From a virus: a stretch of 64,000 nucleotides of DNA. Positions 1 through 7,800 of this stretch are shown piece after piece. The translations under genes and the position numbers were made by a program. A model generated the notes under the pieces. That model searched no databases. It saw only the letters and a program-made list of their open reading frames with translations, and was not told the origin of the DNA. The first letter of the stretch is position 1; each line of letters opens with the position of its first letter. Location of the stretch: positions 32,001 to 96,000 of IMG/VR virus record IMGVR_UViG_3300031841_004520, one strand, 5' to 3'.

Positions 1-2
1 TT

Positions 3-650
3 TATGACACCACTACCTCAGGAACTTACGCTTATACTATAGATTATAAAAATAGTAGAATTATATTTAATAACAGACAATCTTCCAATCTAAATATAGA
101 AATGAGTCATTCTTATAGGTGGGTTCAGATATACAACTTCGCAGACGCAAAATGGTGGCAAGAATTACAGTATAATCCAAATAATAATGAAGCTCATCAA
201 AAAACTAAAGATAAGGGTGATTTTACTATTCCTGCACATCAAAGGGTACAGATGCCAGCTGTAGTCATAGAGACTGTTGCTAGAGGCACATCAGATCCAT
301 TTCAAATGGGAGATAAATCTCAAAGGATTTCTCAAGACTTTTTGTTCCATATTATAGCTAATAATTATACGGATAGAAACAATATTATCGATATCCTAAG
401 ATTGCAAGAAGATAAAGTACTATCTTTTTACGATATGGATAAAGTGGTTAAAGATGGCAAATACTGGTTAAATTTTGATGGAACTCTTAATCCCAATAGA
501 CTTCAATATGATGTTTTATGTAAGCTTTCTAGCACATATCATTGGAATACATGTAGATTAAAAAATATGGTTATTTCGGAAGTGGAGTCGTTTAATGCTG
601 ATCTTTTCGAGGCAAATATCAGAGTAACTGCTGAAATTATAATAGTTTAA
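3..650 (+). CDS. Putative tail completion/terminator-like virion protein (5'-truncated by the window edge)
   Basis: The frame of ORF 102..650 is open back to base 3 (YDTTTSGTYAYTIDYKNSRIIF...). It lies directly before the tail-tube genes and has a PAVVIE motif followed by a beta-rich C-terminus. Function is inferred from synteny. Confidence 0.5.
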   Translation, partial: YDTTTSGTYAYTIDYKNSRIIFNNRQSSNLNIEMSHSYRWVQIYNFADAKWWQELQYNPNNNEAHQKTKDKGDFTIPAHQRVQMPAVVIETVARGTSDPFQMGDKSQRISQDFLFHIIANNYTDRNNIIDILRLQEDKVLSFYDMDKVVKDGKYWLNFDGTLNPNRLQYDVLCKLSSTYHWNTCRLKNMVISEVESFNADLFEANIRVTAEIIIV

Positions 651-657
651 AAAAAAT

Positions 658-670
658 GGTGTATAATAAT
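658..670 (+). promoter_or_regulatory. Putative phage promoter, GGTGTA-NN-ATAAT
   Basis: GGTGTATAATAAT follows an A-tract in the intergenic gap before the tail-tube gene. The same motif with the same spacing occurs at 47965-47977 on the - strand. Confidence 0.5.
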
Positions 671-710
671 TCAAGTCTACCGTCTAACAACAGAATAATC
701 GGAGAATATT

Positions 711-1658
711 ATGGCAAATAAAAGAGTGTTTTACGCTTCTCAAGGCGTGGCCGTTGCTCAGTCTGGGGTTAGTAGCCCTACAACGGTTACTGGTGCCCAA
801 AGCGTAACAATGAATACAAATTTTAATCTAGAACAGGTTTTCCAGCTGGGCCAACTGGCAGTTTATGACAATGTTGTTGGCGATCCTAGTGTAGAAGTCT
901 CTATTAGTAAGTCTCTGGATGGACAGCCTACTATCTATAACTTAGCTTGTGGTAGCGGCAGCCTTTTAGAGACAGCTTCTACTGTTAGCAAGGTGGAGTT
1001 TTGTGTTGGGTCTGATACGGTAAATAAGGTTGGTGATAACGCTACTAGTATTCCTAAAATTACTTGTGACCCTATATATCTACAAAGTTTGAGTTACAAT
1101 TTTGCTGTTGATGGAGACTTTACAGAAGAAGTAACATTTGTTGGATTGAGTAAAGTTATTGGAACTGGTCTTGTTACAACTCCTGGTGACGGAAACGCTA
1201 CCAGACAAACAGTTCTTAGAAGACAGAACTTTGATCAACTCAGTTCTAGTCTTCCAAGTCAGGTAGATGGAAAAAATATTCAAAGCATTAGCCTTAGTGC
1301 TGACCTTGGTCGTGAATCTATGTACAAAATGGGTAGATTCAAAGAATTCCATAGATATGTTAACTTCCCGCTTGAAATTTCAATGGACATTGAAGTTATT
1401 GCAGATAGCCTTGATGACGTTGCTGTTGATATTCCTGATGCAAGTTGCTCAGGTCTTAACCTTCCAAAACAAGATTGTGTTTTGCAATTTTGCGACTCTG
1501 AAGGAAGCGGAAGCTACACATTCACTTTGGGTGATGCTACTTTAACTAGTGTTGCATTTGGTGGTGGCGATACTGGTGGTGGAAATGCCAATCTGACATT
1601 TTCATACGTTGTATACAATAGCTTTACAATTGCTAGTGCTGCTTCTCATGCTGGCTAG
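711..1658 (+). CDS. Major tail tube protein (putative), paralog 1
   Basis: 315 aa with a GGAG RBS. Beta-rich and S/T/G/V-rich, upstream of the chaperones and TMP. Starts with NKRVFYA and ends with GGDTGGGNANLTFSY. Confidence 0.65.
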   Translation: MANKRVFYASQGVAVAQSGVSSPTTVTGAQSVTMNTNFNLEQVFQLGQLAVYDNVVGDPSVEVSISKSLDGQPTIYNLACGSGSLLETASTVSKVEFCVGSDTVNKVGDNATSIPKITCDPIYLQSLSYNFAVDGDFTEEVTFVGLSKVIGTGLVTTPGDGNATRQTVLRRQNFDQLSSSLPSQVDGKNIQSISLSADLGRESMYKMGRFKEFHRYVNFPLEISMDIEVIADSLDDVAVDIPDASCSGLNLPKQDCVLQFCDSEGSGSYTFTLGDATLTSVAFGGGDTGGGNANLTFSYVVYNSFTIASAASHAG

Positions 1659-1685
1659 TGTTTAAATAATTAATAGGATTTTTTG

Positions 1686-2645
1686 ATGGGAAACAAAAGA
1701 GTGTTTTATGCCTGTCAGGGGCTAATGCTTGATGGCAAGCCCCTGTATGGCGTACAAAACGTTTCTGTAAGAACAGAACAAAATACTAACGTTGTAGAAA
1801 ACTGGGGCTCTTTGCATATCAGTGGGGTGGCTGTTGACACACCTCGTTCTACCGTTACTATTAGCAGAATCATAGCATCACCTGCTACCGGCGTACCACA
1901 AGGTTCTGGTATATATGGATCTATTGTAAGTGGAGACTTATCTGCAGTAGCCACGAATCACAGTAGTCAATTGTGTTTATTTGTTACAAATGACACAGAT
2001 CCAGGAGTGAGCGATGAATCTACCTCTGTAAGAAACGTATCTTTTAAGGATTGTAGTATAAATAGCCTGTCTTACAGTATTAATGTAGACGGATATTTGA
2101 CAGAGAATACTGAAATAATAGCTTATAACAAAGTACATAATGGTAGTGGATGTCCAATAGGCAGTATGGATTTCAAAAAAAATCAGGCGCACCCAATACA
2201 GAGGCAGGATATAAACTCTTTTGATTTTTCAAATAAAGTTACTTCTTCTGGAGCTATACAAAACATAAGTATTTCTATTCCATTTAACATACAAACCGTT
2301 GATGAGTTTGGTACTGCAATGAGTAGGCACTCTAAGGGTTATCGCTTCCCTACTCTCCCTATAGCCTCCACTCTCTCTGTTTCTGTAATATATCAGAACA
2401 CCGACAGATTTGATAATTATATGTTTGCAGAACCAACTGGTACCACTAGCTGTGATTATATACCGCCAGACTTTCCTCAAGTTACTGGTCTTAGTTTTTC
2501 TGCTTGTGGTGGCTTTGGTGTTAGTTTAGGCAATTGTGTATTGCAAAGTATAGATTATGAGGGTGGTGATGTTGGTGGCGGAAATGCAACACTAACATAT
2601 GATTTTGTGTGCTATAATTCAGGAAGTATACATGGACAAGAATAG
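1686..2645 (+). CDS. Tail tube-like protein, paralog 2
   Basis: Shares NKRVFYA, QxxS-like and GGDxGGGNAxLT motifs and similar length with 711..1658. ATG at 1686 follows AGGA. Confidence 0.6.
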   Translation: MGNKRVFYACQGLMLDGKPLYGVQNVSVRTEQNTNVVENWGSLHISGVAVDTPRSTVTISRIIASPATGVPQGSGIYGSIVSGDLSAVATNHSSQLCLFVTNDTDPGVSDESTSVRNVSFKDCSINSLSYSINVDGYLTENTEIIAYNKVHNGSGCPIGSMDFKKNQAHPIQRQDINSFDFSNKVTSSGAIQNISISIPFNIQTVDEFGTAMSRHSKGYRFPTLPIASTLSVSVIYQNTDRFDNYMFAEPTGTTSCDYIPPDFPQVTGLSFSACGGFGVSLGNCVLQSIDYEGGDVGGGNATLTYDFVCYNSGSIHGQE

Positions 2646-3645
2646 AATTCTGTCAAGATTGCTCAAAGGCTATTATTTTGTTAAGGTGAAAAATTTTAAA
2701 CTCAAAGTTAAGCCCCCAACAGTATATGTAGAAAATAAGGCAGCGCTATACCACGATAAAATTCTAGAAGATCTAAAATTTGATGATAGTCAAGATTGGT
2801 TAGATGAAGACAAAAGGATGTTTATTTTAACTATAAATAAAATATGGGACAATAGTCAACAAAAAGAACTTGACACACTACTTGATGACATAATCATATT
2901 GAAGAAAGAGCTATTTAAAAACTTTAATTTGGTTGATACTAGAAAATTAATTAAAGAAAAAATCAAAGATAACGAGTCTAGAATAAACGTATTGCACAAT
3001 ACAAGATATACATACTTTGATCACACAAAGCAATCATATGCAAATGTGTTAAAAAATCATTATATTATTAAAAATACGGTGTATTTAAAAGACAGATTGT
3101 TTTTTAAGATTCAGAAAGAACAACATTTGTATTATCTACAAAGACTTTCTAACCTTATAACAGAATTAAATATTCAGGACATTAGAAGTATAATACATTG
3201 TGATTCTTGGAAAAGTTTATGGGAAAGTGCTAAAACAGGCGTTTTCGACAAACCTATAAAAGACTGTAATGTTGAACAAAGGATGGCTATTACAGCTAGT
3301 ATGATGTTGGATAATATTAGACAGCATCCTGATTGTCCAAGTGAAGAAATCCTGAAAGATTCCGATGCGTTAGATGGTTGGGTATTATTCCAAAACGATA
3401 AATTCGAAAAACAACAAAAGAAGCAAGCAATAGAAACTAATATAAAAGACAAAAATGCTGGAGAGGTTTTCGTTATGGCTAGTAGTCCAGAGGAGATAAA
3501 ATCTATAATGGAATTAAATGACCCATTAACTAAGTCTCAAATAAGAAGATCGATAGACCATGCAGCAAAGACAGAAGGTCCGACTAAATGGCAGGATATT
3601 CCTGGAATGAAAGAAGCCATAATAAGAGAGAATAAAAATGAATAA
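2632..3645 (+). CDS. Putative tail assembly chaperone, paralog A
   Basis: Likely start is ATG 2632 (MDKNRIL) after AGGAAG. Helical and charged. Its N-terminal half aligns by eye with 3939..4811. Confidence 0.5.
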   Translation: MDKNRILSRLLKGYYFVKVKNFKLKVKPPTVYVENKAALYHDKILEDLKFDDSQDWLDEDKRMFILTINKIWDNSQQKELDTLLDDIIILKKELFKNFNLVDTRKLIKEKIKDNESRINVLHNTRYTYFDHTKQSYANVLKNHYIIKNTVYLKDRLFFKIQKEQHLYYLQRLSNLITELNIQDIRSIIHCDSWKSLWESAKTGVFDKPIKDCNVEQRMAITASMMLDNIRQHPDCPSEEILKDSDALDGWVLFQNDKFEKQQKKQAIETNIKDKNAGEVFVMASSPEEIKSIMELNDPLTKSQIRRSIDHAAKTEGPTKWQDIPGMKEAIIRENKNE

Positions 3646-3946
3646 AAAATATCAGAGAGAATTGCTACGCAAAGCAGAAACTAGATTTAAGACTATCATG
3701 ATAGGCTCAATAGCTAGAGTAGAAGAATATTTTGGTTATTTGTGGGCACACGGCAAAGACAATCCCACAGAAAGAGAAGAAGAGTTTAGGGTCTTGTGGG
3801 ATGAACTAAGGAATGAAATTCTTAACCATGGTAATTATAACATTAGAAAAGGATTGGATGATATATACGAGACATTTGAACAAGGTGAGAGTAAGTACGA
3901 ATATAATTTTATTATGAAAGACAAAAGGAGCAATCAAGATGGATGA
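3638..3946 (+). CDS. Hypothetical phage protein (tail module)
   Basis: 102-aa ORF overlapping both neighbours. Confidence 0.6.
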   Translation: MNKKYQRELLRKAETRFKTIMIGSIARVEEYFGYLWAHGKDNPTEREEEFRVLWDELRNEILNHGNYNIRKGLDDIYETFEQGESKYEYNFIMKDKRSNQDG

Positions 3947-4811
3947 AAATGATTTTAAGATAACTAAAGGCAAGGAAGAGATTGAATTAACGGTCAAATC
4001 GCCTTCACCTAAAAATCAAAGAGAAAGCCAAAAAATTTATAATAGAGCTTTTTCTGATGCTTTAAACTCTGGCTCTATAGTTAGAGCTAGGTTAGACGAC
4101 GTAATGAAAGAGCAAAAGTTATGGGATGATAAGAAAGAACAAGAGTATCAAGATATACAAAAGGGTGTTCTAGAAAATGAAAGAATACTGGCAAAAGGTG
4201 GGATTTCTTTGCAAAAAGCTAGAGAATGCGCACTTAAGATGCAGAAATTAAGAGAAGATTTAAAAAATTTAATATCTGAAAGGACAACGCTAGACTCACA
4301 TACTGCAGAAGGTCAGGCTGATAACGCTAAATTTAATTTCTTAGTATCTTGTTGTGTGGTGTATAAAGATACTAATAAGCCTTATTTTGAAGGATATGAG
4401 GATTACAATAAAAGGGCTATTGAACCAGCAGGTATTATTGGTGCTCAAAAGTTAGCCAATATGCTTTATGGTTTAGATGATGATTTTGAGAAAAATTTAC
4501 CAGAAAATCAATTTTTACATAAATATAAGTTTGTAGATGAAAACCTCCGACCTATCAATAGTGACGGTAAGCTTGTTGATAATGAAGGTAGACTTATTGA
4601 TGAGTATGGTAGATTCATTGATGATAAGGGTAATCGTGTAGATATTGAGGGCAATCCATTAGATGATGACGAAAATTATAAATTTGAGTTCTCTCCATTT
4701 TTAGACGATAGTGGAAAACCCATTATAGAAGATGAAGACAAAGATGAAGAAAAACCTAAACCTAAACCGAAGACTAGAGCAAAAGCAAAAAAAGATATTG
4801 AGTCTTCATAG
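3939..4811 (+). CDS. Putative tail assembly chaperone, paralog B, with DxxGxx heptad repeats
   Basis: AGGAG RBS, directly upstream of the TMP. Contains C-terminal 7-aa repeats and an acidic then basic tail. Confidence 0.55.
   Translation: MDENDFKITKGKEEIELTVKSPSPKNQRESQKIYNRAFSDALNSGSIVRARLDDVMKEQKLWDDKKEQEYQDIQKGVLENERILAKGGISLQKARECALKMQKLREDLKNLISERTTLDSHTAEGQADNAKFNFLVSCCVVYKDTNKPYFEGYEDYNKRAIEPAGIIGAQKLANMLYGLDDDFEKNLPENQFLHKYKFVDENLRPINSDGKLVDNEGRLIDEYGRFIDDKGNRVDIEGNPLDDDENYKFEFSPFLDDSGKPIIEDEDKDEEKPKPKPKTRAKAKKDIESS
4536..4679 (+). repeat. Protein-level 7-aa tandem repeat (DxxG[R/K/N]xx)
   Basis: DENLRPI-NSDGKLV-DNEGRLI-DEYGRFI-DDKGNRV-DIEGNPL-DDDENY. Confidence 0.75.
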
Positions 4812-4839
4812 TCAATTTTTATCTATTCATAACTTTAAC

Positions 4840-4875
4840 ATAGCCCTTTGTGTAATATCATTGGGCTATTTTTTT
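4840..4875 (+). terminator. Intrinsic terminator/attenuator-like hairpin before the TMP
   Basis: Stem ATAGCCC (4840-4846) pairs with GGGCTAT (4863-4869) around a 16-nt loop, followed by a T-run and then the GGAG RBS. Confidence 0.55.
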
Positions 4876-4887
4876 GGAGTTTAAAAT

Positions 4888-7800
4888 ATGGCACAGCCTT
4901 TTAATCTTACAGCACAGCTTAACTTGCAAGGCCCTTCTAATGTAAAAAAAGTAGTTGCAGATATTAGAAGACAGCTTGGAACCATTAAAGCAAATGTAGA
5001 CCTTAACATTAAAGGGACTACAGCCAAGAATATTGCTGGAATTAATAAACAGCTGAACTCTTTAGCTGCTGCCGCTAAAAATGCTCAGGGTAATGTTACC
5101 ACTCTAGGTGCTGCTCTGAAAAGTTTAAATAGCGGATTTAATAGTGCTAATTCTACAGCTAAAACTTTTAATAAGACAGCAGCATCTACAGGCAAAAATA
5201 TACAAAATAGTGCTCAAAGTGTTCAACAAGCTACTACTGCTGTAGAAGAGTTTGGTAAACAATCCGCATTGGCCGTTAAGCGTTTTGCTGCTTTTAGTGT
5301 TGTTACTTCTGTGATAAATAGATTTAGTAGTGCTGTTAGTGATAGTTTTAAAACCTTTATTGCTTTTGATAGACAGCTAGTAAGAGTTGCTCAAGTTACT
5401 GGTGGTACTGCTGCGGACATAAAAGCATTGTCAAACGAGATAGGAAGTTTAGCCGCTAAGTTTGGTGTTGCTTCTACTGATTTGGCTGAAGTTTCTGTTA
5501 CTTTAGCACAAGCAGGTTTAAGTGCAAATCAGGCGAAGGTTGCTTTAGAAGCATTGGCCAAAACATCATTAGCTGCTACATTTACTAATATTAACAATAC
5601 AACAGAGGGCAGTATTGCTCTTATGCGTCAGTTCAAAGTTAGTGTGCAAGACCTAGAGAGTGCTCTTGGATCTATTAATGCTGTTGCTGGTGAATTTGCT
5701 GTGGAATCTAGTGATATCATTACTGCAATTTCTAGAGCTGGTGGTGTGTTTGCTGCTGCTAGTAAGGGAGTGAGTACTGGTACAGAAGCCTTGCAAGAAT
5801 TTGTTGCTGTTTTTACTAGTGTAAGATCTACTAGTCGTGAAAGCGCAGAAACTATTGCTACTGGTTTGCGAACTATTTTTACTAGAATTCAACGTGGCAG
5901 CACAATAAAGTTCTTAAAAGAGTTCGGTGTGGAGCTGCAAGATGTAGAGGGTAAGTTTGTTGGTCCATTTGAAGCCGTTAGAAGACTTAGCGATGCGTTG
6001 CAGGGACTTGATCCTAGAGATGTTCGGTTTACAAAAATTGTAGAAGAACTTGGTGGCTTTAGACAAATTGGTAAAGTTATCCCTTTAATTCAAGAGTTTG
6101 CAACTGCACAAGAAGCATTAGCAGTCGCACAAAGAGGTTCAGGATCATTAACCAAAGATGCTGTAACAGCACAGGCAGCTCTTGCAGTACAATTTCAAAA
6201 AACTCGTGAAGAATTCAACAATCTAATTAGAGATATTGGACAGAGTGCTACTTTTCAAACCATTACTAAACTTGTACTGGGATTAGCTAATTCCTTTATT
6301 AGTGTAGCTGGAGCTTTAAAGCCAATACTACCTTTGATTACTGCACTTACTGCAGCAAAAGGCTTTAAGTTTATTACTGAATTTATGAGTGGGTTTAAGG
6401 GAGGTCTTGGGGGTGGTGGCGGACTAGCTGGTGCTCTTGGTGGTGGTGGAGGTGCTCCATCTGGTGGCGGTGGCGGTGGCGCTGGTGGTGCAGTACAGGC
6501 AAACACTACAGCTTTAACCTCAAGCACTTCAGCAATACAGCAATTAACTACAGCTATAAATAATTTGGTTGGCGGTACTAAAACACAGCCTTTAGGAGCA
6601 TTGCAAGGAATAAAATTTGCTAGAGGTGGAGATGTTCCTGGCACAGGCAATAGAGATACTGTTCCGGCAATGTTACAGCCAGGAGAGTTTGTAATTCGTA
6701 AAAGTGCTGTAGACGCATTCGGTAGAGATAATCTTGCTAGGATTAATAAGTATAACAATGGAGGACCTGCTAAAAGGGCCGGTATTTCAGAAGTCAAAAG
6801 AATTACTAAAGTTTTAGATGGAGACACCTTCGATGCTGAAGTTGTACCAACTCGTGAGTCTTTTACCGCTAGATTTAGACCAGAGGGATATGATGCTTAT
6901 GAAACTAGTGGTATCAGTAGGGTCGCACAAGATAGGCTAGAAAGACTAAGAGAGCTTAATAGAAATAATGCACAAATAAGTGCAGCGTTACGAAATCCCA
7001 AAATCAGTGGCACTGACCCAGGTATTGAAATACCAGAAAATACCTTAATAGAACAGAATAGAACCGCTTTGGATGCAGCAAAGAGTGGGACAAAACAGTA
7101 CGCTGCATATCTTGAGAAGAACAAAGATATTCTTGCAGATCAGATACTTAGAGAAGATGGTGGTTTTGGTAGATATCTTATTGATCATGGCGGTGTTCCT
7201 ATTGGGCCAAGAAATGTAACTGGTAGATTTAGTAAGTTTGCTACTGGCGGAGCAGTTTCAGATACTGTTCCTGCTATGCTTACTCCCGGCGAGTATGTAA
7301 TAAACAAGAAGTCTGCCCAAGCATTTGGTTATGGTAATCTCAAGAAGATTAATGGTTATGCTCAGGGTGGTGTTGTTAAAAATGGAGTTCAGCATTTTAG
7401 TAATGGAGGTATGGCTGATAGACTTAGTGAAGCATTTTCTGATCAAAATATAGCCAAACAGCTTAAAGCTACCTCTATACAAGTAAGAAGATTTGGTTTA
7501 ACTTTACAAAGAGGAGCATCTAAAGCTAGTAAAAAAGTATCTGATAACTTTAGGGTTGCTAGTATACAAACTCAAAGATTCGGTCTTCGCATTGATGAAG
7601 CAAGTAAGTTTACAGGGAGTTTTGTTGGTACTTTTAGTGCTGGTCTTGCTGCTTTGACTCCGCAAATAGATAGCATGGTAGCTAGTTTTGATCAGCTAAA
7701 CGGTACAACCTTAGCAACTAGCGAAGAGTTTATGGGCTTTCGAAAAGGCTTGGAAGGAGCTACATCAAAAGGTTTAAGTGCTTCTATTGCAGCCCAGCAA

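Noticed and set aside
4780-4811. Slippery A-AAA-AAA site at the end of the chaperone gene
   Set aside because: The -1 frame reaches TGA within a few codons, so no extended GT-like product forms.
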